DNA of 64,000 nucleotides, taken from the NCBI RefSeq assembly GCF_009914755.1, contig NC_060938.1. One strand, written 5' to 3'. The notes beneath the pieces are model-generated. The model did no database searches. It saw only the letters and a program-made list of their open reading frames with translations, and was not told the origin of the DNA. This stretch comes from the human T2T-CHM13v2.0 reference genome, Homo sapiens. This document shows, one piece after another, positions 11,661 to 24,266 of this stretch (its first letter is position 1; the number at the start of each line of letters is the position of its first letter). A program made the position numbers and the translations under genes.

Positions 11661-14110
11661 AGTAGTAATGACAGTCTCCCTGGGGCCAGAGTTAGGATAG
11701 CAGCTGGTGAGTGAGTCCCCTGAGCTGGCACCTGCCAGAGCTCTGACATGGGGAGGGAAGCCCCTGTGCTCCCCTGCTCGACAGTGGCCAGCTGGGTGGG
11801 GGACTGACTCAGTCTTTCACTGCTTTTGACCAAAGAAAAAGGAGAACTGACCTTTTCCCCCAGGGCTTGATACATCTCAGACAATTGGCATTTTGGAGGC
11901 TCATATCAAACTGCTAAGTACCAACATTATCATCATTAGCAGCAAGAATACCAAATGCTCTTTATTAAAGGAAGGTTTTCATTGAAAAGACTTCGTTTTT
12001 TTCAGTCTGTTCTGTTTTTACAGAAAACCTCTCTGAACCGATGGGTTTTTTGCTAATGTTTTCATCTTGTTAATCTCCTAAGCTTTTTTAGTGCTGTGTT
12101 TTTTCCCAATGATCTCCTCTGGTGGGAAGCCTCGTAAGCAGTTTCCTGAGCAGAGAATGCAAATTAAGTTCAGGGTGGCCTAGTTGGGCACAGTGGCAGT
12201 GTGCCCTCCCAATATGACAGAGCTTCTCTGCTGGCCAACCCCTTCCAGGTGCCAGGAAAGATGGCCTTGCTGGAGACAGTATGCTAATGAGTCAAGTCCT
12301 TTTATGGGAAGAGGAACGGGCAGGGAGAGGAAAGCACAGTAAAAGAGGTTCCAATGCTTGCAACTCAGGAATGGAGAAAGAGAGGCTCACATCTGTTGGC
12401 CTCTAGGATTGGTGATCTGACACCACTGACACACTCAGGGACCATTGCTTCCTTTCTTTAAAATCTCCCCTAAAATCATACAGAACTTATATACAAGTGC
12501 ACTGGGTCTGTTTGGACTATTACTTACAACAGCATGTGAACCTACAGTTATCTCAAAAGTTTCAACTGAGGAAGTGCTTCTCCTCCAAGGCCCCACTGGC
12601 AAGAGTTGCCAGCCTGGCTCCACCCACAAGGAAGCCAGGAACCAACCCCCTGTGGTGGCCTCAGCACGCCTGTCACTTGGGTCCTCCAGCTTTCCCTGGA
12701 ACACACTGCCACTCCCTTCTCACACCCAAGTTCTGCCAAGCAAATAGAGATACTGCATCTGGTGGACCAGTTCTGTAATATTGGGGCTTGGACTGGGACA
12801 TCAGCAAAGCCAGGGAGGCACCCCACAGCCCTGTCTCACCCACATTTAGTGGTCACTGAACGCAGTTATTCCTACCGCCTGTGATGGCTAATCCATGCCT
12901 CTCTCTGCTCACTGGAAAAAATCCTTGTCAGTTCTGGCACAGACTGTTATAGGGGCCTCTTAACTGGTCCACCTGCCACCAGCCTTATCCTTCCTCAGGT
13001 TATCTGATGCAGCTGCCAGAGAAACCATTCTAAAATTAAATCTCATTACTCTACTGCTTATAATTCCCCAACTACCTACCTCTAAGCTCTTGTTCATGGT
13101 ATGCAAGACCCTATGGTCTGCTCCTGGGGACCGTTCTAGAACCCACGTGTAAGCAGACAGCCAAAAAGGGGCCGGGCAGGCCTCACACCTCTGATGGTCA
13201 TATCCCCTGCCTTCTCTGTAGCCTGGGTCATCCACTTCTCCAAAACGTAGATGTGGCAGATTCTGGGCGGCCTCAGCACTCTCCCACCTCCCCAAGACTG
13301 TTCAGTTCTAAGTGCCCACAACACCTACCTCAGACATCTCTGCCTTTGATCAGATTCTCGAGACAGAGAATCTGGATTTGTTTGGGTCAGATGTGTCCAT
13401 CCCTCTGGTCTGCTCAGCTGTGGACAGGGTCACAGCCACCTTGTCCCCAGTGTCTCATCAGGGACGTGGGTTGAGAAGGAGAGGCTGCCAAAGAAAGGGA
13501 TGTGAGCTAGACAGGTCCACCTGCGTGTCCGTTGCAGCCCCTGCCTGGCTCTTCCACCCCATCTCCTCTACTGCATTCCCCATCCTTCATCCTAAACCTC
13601 CAACGCACCCTCAGCTCCACCACCGGATGACCTATCATCCCACCTATGCATGCACCGCACACCATCCCCACCCTCCTCCTCCTGCCAGCACCAGCTACAA
13701 AAGTCACTTTGTATCTCTCTGAAACTGTCCTTGACTTCCCAGGCCAACCGGGCAGCCATCATTCCTTCCTCCACGATCCTGCTCTCTTGGTACCTACTCC
13801 ATTACAGCAGTAATCACATATAGCATTATTGTCTGTCTACATGTCTGTGTCTACCCTCAAATATAAGTACTTGGGAGGTGAGGATTAGATATTTTCATCT
13901 TGGTTCTCAGGTTCAATATGGCTCCTGGCAAAAATAGCTGTTCCCCAGATATCATGTGGGTGGGTATGTAAATGCGTGAACACATGAACGTAGGTGCCCT
14001 TCTCTGCCCTCAGAGGCTGGGAGGCCCACCGTGCATGGCGTTGGCATAGGTGGGCACGAACTGGATTGTTTTGCTCACCTGTGCCCATCGTTTGCTGCTT
14101 TCTCTCCCAG

Positions 14111-14139
14111 ACGGGGTTGACCGGACCTCCACCATCTAG
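14111..14139 (+). CDS. SAMD4A: SAMD4A terminal coding segment with stop codon
   Basis: Acceptor TTTCTCTCCCAG (ends 14110); (D)GVDRTSTI then TAG at 14137-14139. Confidence 0.95.
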
Positions 14140-15866
14140 AAGCTGAAGATGAGAGTGACCGCGCTGGCCGTGAAATCGACTGCTGCGGGTCCAGTGTCCG
14201 CCATCTTCAGGGTTGCACAGAATCCTCCAAGATACTTTGCAGCCTTTTTTCCCCCTGGTCCCTCTCCCGTTTTGATTTTGTGAGAGCGTAGGTCATCCTC
14301 GTAAACATATCAGTAGACCTGGGGTTGGTTATTTTGTCATTTGTTTCTGTCATGGGATGGTTTGGTGTGTGGGGTGGGGAGGGGTCTCTAGGGAATTATG
14401 AGACTGGGAGGGGGGTGGAGGGAATGCAGGTAGCTCTCTGGATGGAACGGGGACAGGGGAAAGAGTACTGCCATGAAAGAGATAGGAGACACATAAGAGG
14501 ACAGCAGAAGCCCTGGCCCTGGGGAGGCTTCTCGGAAGGCCTGGCTTCACAGGCAGGCCACAGAAGGATATCGCGGGCACGTGCACCCAAAGCAAGATAG
14601 TGGCTTCCCTTTTATATCCAATCTAATCCTGATTGGATGTCCCTGAGGCCCCTGCTGGAAACAGCCATAGGAGAGGGCCCATGGCAGTAGGGGAAAGAAG
14701 GAAGAAATTCCCTGCAACAAAACTTCAGCTAAACTTTGATTTGTGTATTGTTTACATAATAATTTTAAAGGGTACATAATGTGTAAAGAGTTTGGATAGA
14801 ACCTCTCTTCATACTATGGTTTTCGTAAAGGATCTGTTGTTGTTACGGATTCATTTTTTCCCTCTATTTTTATAAGAGCAGCAGAGTTGTCTTCTCAAAA
14901 CGGCTGCCAAGCTCTGCTTCTTGGGAAGATGGATGCAGTCATGTAGGCCTGAGCTGTCCGTCTTTCACCGTTAGGTGGGAGGAGCGTATGGGTGGACTTG
15001 AAGGACATGGACGTGGCTGGAATGAGCACAGCATTGGGTGAGCGCACAAGGATGAGGACATCATGTGATCAGTTATGGGTTTGCTCGCAGGGCACCCAGA
15101 GATTCTCAAAGAATCCTGCAGCCTCTTTCTGTGCTGGATTTGCTTGTCACGGAGAGGCCTCCCTCCCTTTCCACCCCACCCATGGGGCATTATCCTGTCA
15201 CTCCCAGCCTTGCTCCACACACACACAGGTGGGTACAAGTTCCACTGGAGGAGAAAAGGCAAGGATGGACTTTTTCCCCTTGTGAGAGGTTTGATACCCA
15301 GAAAATGAGCTCAAAACCTTTACATTAGGGTTGCTTGTAGGAACTGGAGCCTGGAGGCTGCATCTACTTCACCTGTCACTGCTGAGGGAGAGGAGGGGAG
15401 AAAGGCCCAGCAACAGCGTACAGAGGGGTCAGTCAGCAAGTCCAGAGAGCACATGCAGGGAGATGTTTGGCCCACACCGCACAGCCCCGCCATCTCCAGT
15501 GGGCGATGAAAGATGTAGGAAAGGTTGATTTCAAGATGGAAATGACAGCGCTATCCGCACAGTATGAATTAGGGATTTGCTGTGTTAGTTGATTTATCCA
15601 TCCACACAGAGGGGAGGAAAAAGACACTCGTTACTTGGTGGGAGATTGAGAAACTGTGGTACCTACCACAAAGTAATAGCTCTGTTTATGAAGGGCAAGA
15701 AAGGCTACATTTCAGAATTTGACACAGTGGAGGGTATTAGAGGAAATCAAAGAGGAGTTGTGTGGAAAATCAGGTTGTGTAAATGAAGGTATGAATGCTC
15801 AGCCAGAGGCAAGATCAGGGAGATGGTACAAGGCCTGTTTGTTACATGGATGAGTCGGGTGCCTGG

Positions 15867-15867
<1 letters not shown>

Positions 15868-15903
<36 letters not shown>
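15868..15903 (+). repeat. (TG)18 microsatellite inside 3'UTR
   Basis: Direct reading. Confidence 0.95.
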
Positions 15904-15905
<2 letters not shown>

Positions 15906-17027
15906 GTCAGAGTTGAAATTCAGAAGATCAGACTATGGAAATCACTGCCCTTTTTTTTTTAAAAGCTAATGAACTACATACAGACCTAAAAGGCCTTAAT
16001 GAAATCCGAACAATTTTCTTTTACTTTCAAGATCAAAAACATGCACCCAACCCAGCCTTGGATGCCGCCACCAGGTTTTTGAAGCCCTTTTGAGTCTAAG
16101 AAGGTGAGAACAATGTAACCATAGAAAGCCTTTCGTGAGCAGAGAAGGCTTGAATCCACAATTTCATTCGCTGAATTAAAAAAAAAAGGTTCAGACCTCT
16201 CCTTGGGTGACTAAGTTCTAAAGATGCAAATCCATGTGCAGAAAGAGATGGCATTTTTTAGTTGATTATTTTTAACCAAGTGCCATTAACATTCATCCCC
16301 CACATCCCTTTTCTAAACAAGCTTAGTGTTACTTGGGGAATGTGTTGGGATGGACGATCACATGTAAGGCAGGAAGAATAGGTCAAAGGTTGAAGGCCAA
16401 AGGTAAGACCAGAGGGTTTGCGAATGTGGGTTTGTAGGATACTGAGAAAGTGAATAAAGAGGAGAAAAAACCATGGTATTACACATCTTGCTGAGAAAGG
16501 AAAGCATTCGGATCTGCTGCAAAAACACATATATCCATAAAGACTCATGTTATTCAGAAAACAGATTGTGAACACAATCACATTCGCATGAATCCTTTAA
16601 AAGGAAGAAGACCTTAAAGTATCTGCAAATCTGAATTTCTATTTATTCCTTCACTGAATATAGAAACAATGGTTATCTGATTATTAGAGATATTATTTTG
16701 GATATGTTACTTATTAACTTGCTATGGCTGGTAACCATGATAAAGTCTGTTATTAATAACAACATAATTCTTTTTTTAAAGAAGAAAAGCTTATTTTTCA
16801 TTGACAGTGTATAGATTTATCTACTTAGTTGTGTTTTGCTATTAGTGTTTTAATTTTTTTTTTAAGTTGAGTGTTTGATAAATTTTAAGACCCTGTCCCC
16901 ACCTTGTTTTGAGTCCTGTGTTGACTACAGGTATATAGCTCAATTTAAAAATCCTAAAGCAAAAGAATTTTATTTATAAAAGAATCAAACAGTTGCATGC
17001 ATGAGGCTGTGAAGTCAGATATTTAGT

Positions 17028-17033
17028 AATAAA
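17028..17033 (+). terminator. Candidate proximal polyadenylation signal AATAAA
   Basis: Canonical hexamer in AU-rich context followed by U-rich tract (17046-17058). Confidence 0.5.
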
Positions 17034-18488
17034 AGCAGCAGTGCCTTTTTTTGTATTTACCCATTGACCCCCACCAAATGCAACTGTTTTATATTAAGAA
17101 AATAGTAACAATTTTAAAATCTCAGAGTAAAATCTATTTCACTACATGCTTTTCCCCCCTTGTTCTGATTTAAGCAGTGTGTACTTGGCATCTCTACATT
17201 GTCCTAGGGACAGTGGTGTTCTACAATATTATCATGTATGATGTTTTATTGGTGCTTTTTATTCATAGTGGCTTCTTACCAGAAACAGTAGGAAGAAACA
17301 CATGAACTGTGTACAAGACATGAAACATTGCTGCTGATATGTTGTTTTTTCACATGCTTTTGAGTTTTCACTTTTTAAACGAGAGCCAGCAAGCAAAATA
17401 GATGTGGCTGGGTCTGCCTGTCCGGGCGGCTCTTTGCACCGAGCTCTCAAATCCTGTGTATTGAGGGTTCCTTTTTGGTACTCAGGATTGGAGCTACAGC
17501 TGGGCCCCCCTCTCTCCCATTCGTTTGAAGAGACACTGAGGGAAACAAGGGTTTCTTTTGAGGTGTCCTTGGCTGCCTTTTACGGGATGGGAGCCTTCTC
17601 CGGATCTTTTGTTCTTCTGCACCTCTTGTAGCTACTGCCGGTGCAAGGTTGTAGATGTTATTCCCCAGGAGCCTGGGCTGGGGGGCTGAGCTGGGCTGAA
17701 TGCAAAAGCATGCAACCAGAAGGCGGGCAAGGGGAGGAAAAGCAGGCCTGGCCTCATTGGTCCCCTGGAGATGTCTGTAGCAGTCAGCTCCAGCTTGGGC
17801 CTGGGGAAGCAGCCTGACCAAGGCGCTCAGGTGTGCCTGTTACAAGAAGAACCTGCAGAAGGATAATTTGCACATGGAGCTGTGATAACACTAATGTTGA
17901 TTTTTTTTTTTTTTACAAGTCATCAGAGATGTTTGCAAAGTGAGTTTTATTTTTTTGTAATTCCTTTATCTTTACTTAAAGGTGAATGTGTATTCCTCTG
18001 GGAGGAATAGGAAGAAAACAGGAATGTTAATAATGTCGAACAGAAAACTTCCTCCCTTATTAATATATAATCCTCATGTATTTATGCCTAATGTAAGCTG
18101 ACTTTTAAAAAGCTTTCTTTTGTTGCATGCCCTGTGCAGGCATCTGTATTGTACATGCATGCCTTTCGTCCTGTTTTCCTGTATAAAGTTAGTGAACAAA
18201 GAAATATTTTTGCCTAGTTCATGTTGCCAAGCAATGCATATTTTTTAAATTTGTCATATATGGAAAGAGCATGTTTGTTACATGTAAAAGCTTTACTGAT
18301 ATACAGATATACTAATGTTTGAAGATGCTGTTCTTTGCAAGTGTACAGTTTTCAAATGTTGTTACCAGTGAAACACCCTTGTGGTTTAAACTTGCTACAA
18401 TGTATTTATTATTCATTTCCTCCCATGTAACTAAGAATCATGGCTATATTTCATATCAACGTTATATTGAAAGTGAAGGGAAATGATT

Positions 18489-18531
18489 AATACAAGGTTT
18501 TGTAACACTGGTGTGTCTTTTTCTTTTTTTC
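18489..18531 (+). terminator. Candidate distal poly(A) site: variant hexamer AATACA with downstream GU/U-rich element
   Basis: AATACA 18489-18494, CA at ~18506, GTGTGTCTTTTTCTTTTTTT 18511-18530, many upstream TGTA (CFIm) motifs. Confidence 0.6.
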
Positions 18532-18564
18532 AACATACATGATTGAATAGAAAATAAGAACTGA

Positions 18565-18918
<354 letters not shown>

Positions 18919-21164
18919 TCAAGGAAAAACCAGAATGGGATCTCTGTTAACTATTCCCACCTGGCCATTCTGCACATGCCACATCTTTAGCTATGAGCTG
19001 CTTTTTAACAAAAATATGGAGAGAGGGTTTTAGAAATGTTTGCAGTTTGATCTGTGCCCAAAACAGCCAATAAATTTGTCACCAGACTTAGGGGCATGTT
19101 TCTAAATACAAACTCTAACTTTACAGACATTGTTGTTTATAGATTGTTCCCCTCATTGTCTTTGAAATATTTCACACCTTAATCATGGCATCAAGAAACA
19201 GCCTCTTTGGAGCTTACCTATCCATGGCTTGAATCTCATTCTAATATTTCTAATTCCTGTATGATATACATTCTAAATATTGTGTCAGTTAAGCATATGA
19301 GTGGAGAGATGCACCTGGTTTTGGATTCTGGCTCAAGCATTCTCTAGCTGTGTGATCTTAGACAAGTTACTTATGTCTCTAAGCCTTGGGTTTGTTTTTT
19401 GGCTTATGATATTCAAAGTTTATATAATTAAACCTCTAATAAAAGGTGAAAACAAAAGAAAACATATGATAGAGAGGTTCCTGCCACCATAGCCTAGCAA
19501 CCCCAGAGTTCTGAGAGGCAGCCACAGCTTGACATTATGACAGTGACCACACAGTGACTCCCTTTTGATCAGGCTCAGCTGCTCAACTGACATGTAAAAC
19601 CGAAATTGGTCCCTGGAAGCAAAATTTCTCACAGGCTGAGATGTAAAATGTAATTCCTCATAAAGTTGAATCCTTGTAACCCAGATGAGCTATATCTAGT
19701 ATGACTGCAGTATTATAAAGGAAGGAGAGAGGAGTGTGCAAGAGAAAATTTGAGCCTCACTTTGAAATGCGTGGAATGAGGGTAAATGTAAGAGTTGTGA
19801 GCTTAAAGGAGAGGGACCATGAAGAGCTCAGCATGGTGTCTGAAGAGGGGTTGCTTAGTGATTTTTATCAGCAAAGCTGTAGCTCTTTGCCAGTGATCTT
19901 TGTTATAGAATGTTCATTCCTGGAGAAAACATTACCCATAGAGGAAAGCAGCTAGGACGCCCCTCAACAGCCTCCCTTCCAAAATGAGATTTAATGCCAC
20001 TTGTTAGAGGGGAATGAACATGTATATAGCACAATGGTTTGGAAGAGGCTGCAGGGGATTTGAGCCGGGAGTCCAGAAGTGGGTCTTATCTGCACATACT
20101 CTATGTGCTAACGCAGACAGGAGCTAAAGAGGCAGCACAAGCCAGGAATTCAAACTCTCATGGAAGTTTCTTGTTCCCTTGGACAGTCACTACATCTATC
20201 ACTGGACCTGACTCACAATCAGCCCAAGACCTACTGTCCCCAGTGGTTGTAGGGAAGGTTGGGGGACAGCGCCTTCATCAGTGAAAATGTCATCCACAAC
20301 CAGTGCTTAATCCTTCTCTAGGAAAACATGGAGCCTTTAGGGTGGCTCTGGCCCACCCAAGAGCACCATTGTGGCAGCCCACACTTTGCCATTATCCCCC
20401 ATAGTGCACCCCAGCACCAGTCTCACAGATGTCATTCCACAGGCTTCTGTAAGCACTTCCACGTTTGCTATTTTCCATCCATACCTCTTAACACTTGAAA
20501 GCCACCCCTTCACTGGGCCCTTCAGCCTCTGGACCCTTAGCAGTAGCTCTAGGTCCTCCTAGCTTATCCAGTGAGTCTCAAACCATCTGTGAATTCCAGT
20601 TGTGATACTGGTTGGTTTTTTTCCAATTTACATAGTCCAATTATTTTGTAAAATACAATAAAAATAAACTCACAACTTCCCTCCCCCAATATCTTATTTA
20701 ACAGACAAAAGTATTTCATCCAACTGCTATAAAGTATTTCTATTCTGGCTCCCTAAGTTCTGAGGGCAACCTGCAAAATTCAGTATGGGAGACTGCTCTC
20801 AGGATGAGATGATGGAAATCCTGATACCAACATACCCCTAACCAGGCCAAGAATGCCCTCAATACAATAGAGAGGGACGCATCAGGTCAGAGGGGTGCCT
20901 CAAAGTTGGCCCAAGAATGGCGACTGATTTGTTCACTCATCATTTCTAAAAGCTGAAAGCAAAATAGTTGGGAAAGGGGACATGGGGAAAGAAGAGGAAG
21001 GTCCAGGAGGTAACGGGACTGGTGGTGGGAGGTTAGAGCCTGAACTGGAAGTCTTTGGAAGTGGGTCAATTTTTAGAGCGCTGTTTCCAGAGCAACCCTT
21101 AGACCATGGCCTTTAGACTTCCCACTGTCAGTTTCTGGCCTCTAGAGATTAAGAACAAAGAATG

Positions 21165-21165
<1 letters not shown>

Positions 21166-21222
<57 letters not shown>
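21166..21222. repeat. (TG)n microsatellite, ~28 units
   Basis: Direct reading. Confidence 0.95.
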
Positions 21223-21224
<2 letters not shown>

Positions 21225-21839
21225 CTGTCTATACATTTGGGAGACATGATTGGGAAATTGTGACACTTTGGCAAAACTTAAGCCTTATAACTCAGTCATC
21301 ACTGAGGAGCCTGGAGCCCCATTGGAGCAAATGATTATTCACAGTGCACACTGTCCTCCCAAACTTCAACCCAGCCCACTGGCTTCCCACAACCTGCCTT
21401 GCCCATGGGGCTCTTGTCCACAGACATTGACTTCTCTGTGACGTAAACCTGGGAATTCAATGTCCAAGAATTTCCTCCATGGAATATTTTTCACTCTTAA
21501 GTGGTTTCTACTTCAATTTTTGAAACCAACAGAGAAATGTTCTGGCAACCTTATAAAGCTTGTGCTTTATAAAATATCCCTTTGTGTTTACGTTTGACTT
21601 GGAGTGCATGTTTTTAAATAGTGTGTTGCACAGTTTTTTGAGGTTTTGTTTTTTAAGTCTAATCCAGGAGAAACAAAATCGGAGCTTTGGTGAGTGAAAT
21701 GGTCCTACCAGAGCTGTTGTTACTTGGGACTGCCAAAAAGCTCCAGTTAAATCTTCCTGTGGGAACCACAGCCAGGCCTGGGTGTCCCTCGGCTTTCTCC
21801 AGTGTTGGGACATATTTCTGGTTGTCCATGTCAGAAAAA

Positions 21840-22142
<303 letters not shown>

Positions 22143-22539
22143 TGAGGTCAGGAGAACCTACAAACCCAAATCAAATCTGTCCAATTGGACCTCAGCAATT
22201 TGCTTTGTTATATTTATCCCAGATCTCTTCACTGAGAAGAGGCTAAACATTGATTTCCTATGATTGTTACTCATCCAAGATGGATGAGTATAAAGACAGC
22301 AAGTTGTGGATGAGAGAAAATGCATATATGATGAATCATTCCCCTCCATCCATTGTCAGTTGTGCCAATCCAATTCCAGGGCAGTGAGCACATTCTACAC
22401 ACTTTCTCTTGTTCCTGTGCTCTGGGGTCTGGACTACTTCATCTTTTAGCCAACTCCATTTTGCTCTTGTAAGACACAGAATCCAAGCCCTCATTCACCT
22501 GAGGTTCACTGAGTTTACCCAGTGTGTGCCTTTTTAAGA

Positions 22540-22660
22540 GAAAAAAAGAGATGAGGGTCTGCATTCCCAGGCTGGTCTTGAACTCCCAGCCTCAAGCAAT
22601 CCTCCTGGCTTAGCCTCCTGAGTAGCTGGGATTACAGGAGTGAGCCACCACACCTGGCCA
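22540..22660 (-). mobile_element. Alu left monomer (FLAM-like)
   Basis: CCCAGGCTGGTCTTGAACTCC...GGGATTACAGGAGTGAGCCACCACACCTGGCC. Confidence 0.8.
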
Positions 22661-23871
22661 GATGTGCATCTTAAGTGTTTATATTCAACCCATCCTCCAA
22701 ACCACAAAGATTTAAGGGGACAGGCTGTCTTCCTTGTACACAGGCTTGATGAGGACAGGGTGCTAACCAACTGGATGTCTGGAAATAGGAGATACCTTGC
22801 AGGACACAAGCACCAATTTCCTTCTGCAAATGGGAGGTGAAGTCCAGAGTTACAGTGAGGCGACTTCCCTATGGCCACTTGGGAAAGCACGAGATGCCTC
22901 TGCAGGCCCCTGGGGCTCTTTCAGTCTCTTAGCCTGAATGATATGAGCCCAGGAGTAAGCATGCCTAGAAGAGGGCAGGAGGGAGAATAAAGCCTGCTAC
23001 GCTGCTCCCCAGGCAGGAGACGGACACCCCCCAGAGGGGGCAGAGCTCTGCCCTGGTCCTCGGGTTCCCTGGGGAAGCCTCCTCACCCATGGCCCACTGC
23101 CCGGAAGGTAGACACCACCCAAGCCACCCAGGTCCTTCGGAAGAAAGGAAGCAACACCAGAAGGACTAAAAGCAGGAATTCCTGGAGAGGGCCTCAGGGA
23201 CAGTCCAGATTTAGGGGCAAGAGAGAACATGTGAATTTGAAGAACTGAAATAAGTAAATACCCAGCCAGAATTCTGAATGCAGGGAATGTAGAGTTGGAG
23301 GTGTGGGGTGGGTAGGAGTGGGGACTGGGGATGGAGGCAGGGCCGGTCCTAAAGGGCCATGGCAAAAAGCATAGGCTCTCCCTGAAGGACAGTAGCTGTG
23401 CTGCCGGCAAGTGGCATCATCAGCTGGAAGGGTTTTTGTGGTCTTGTGGAAGAAAGGGGCATAAGTGAACAGTCTCCCTTCTGTCCCATGTCCCAGTCAC
23501 TCAGTTCCCCTCACTGCAGGCCCCCAGTGTAGGCTTCCTGTGTACCTGCCAAGAGATATTCTCTCCATGTGCAAACATGGATCTATATTTTGTTCCCCGT
23601 TTGTACACACACAAAAGCATACCATGCACGCTGTTCATCATGGTGTGGCATTTTTCTTTTTTCACTAAATCAGTTTTGGAGACCATTCTATATTGACAGC
23701 GACACAGTGTTCCACGCTGTGGATGAACAGAACTCCTTTAACCACCTCTTTACTGATGGACACTCAGGTTTCCTTTACCCTATTACAGACAAGGCTCTGA
23801 TGAATAAATTACGTGTGTGTCATGCAAGGGTTCCCACTGTGAGAAAGCGGGATTGCTGGATTAAAGGAGAT

Positions 23872-24266
23872 TGTATCAGCCAGGATTCTCTGCAGGAACA
23901 GAACCAGTCTCAGGGAGGTGTGGAAGGGAGAGGGAGGAGGGAGGGGGAGAGATACTCATTTTAAGGAAAGACTCAATCGTGAGGGCTGGCGAGTTTGAAA
24001 TTTGTGCAACAGGCTGGAAACTCAGCCAGGATTTGATGTTTCAGCCTTGAGATAGAACTTCTTTCAGAAACGTCAGTTCTTGGTCTTAAGGCCTTTAACT
24101 GATTGGATGAGGCCCACCTAGGTTATCAAGGGTAATCTCCTTAATGCCAAATGGTTGTGCATGTTAATCAGATCTACAAAATACCTTTACAGCAACACCA
24201 ATTAGTGTGTGATTAAATAACGGTATTATAGCCTAGCCAAGTTGACGCGTGTAACTAACCATCACA
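23872..24266 (-). mobile_element. MLT2-family (ERVL) solo LTR inserted into an old L1M
   Basis: TG...CA termini; TGTATCAGCCAGGATTCTC...GATTGGATGAGGCCCAC...AACTAACCATCACA; L1M-like sequence on both sides (~23500-25050). Confidence 0.8.

Larger units (their letters stand above)
14140..18510 (+). other. SAMD4A: SAMD4A 3'UTR (~4.4 kb)
   Basis: Follows the stop codon; no interspersed repeats recognised, long AU-rich blocks, ends at AATACA plus GU/U-rich element just before an Alu. Confidence 0.8.

Noticed and set aside
14137-14283. Stop-codon readthrough extension (open frame of ~47 codons after TAG)
   Set aside because: Context TAG-AAG is not a known leaky context such as TGA-CTAG, and an open stretch this long is unremarkable
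14500-15360. Other CNGG occurrences in the 3'UTR (e.g. ~14656, ~15351) as SREs
   Set aside because: Stems of only 3 bp, or alternative pairing that removes the CNGG loop
23025-23045. CTCF-like motifs near 23030, 33140 and 39530
   Set aside because: Several mismatches in core positions
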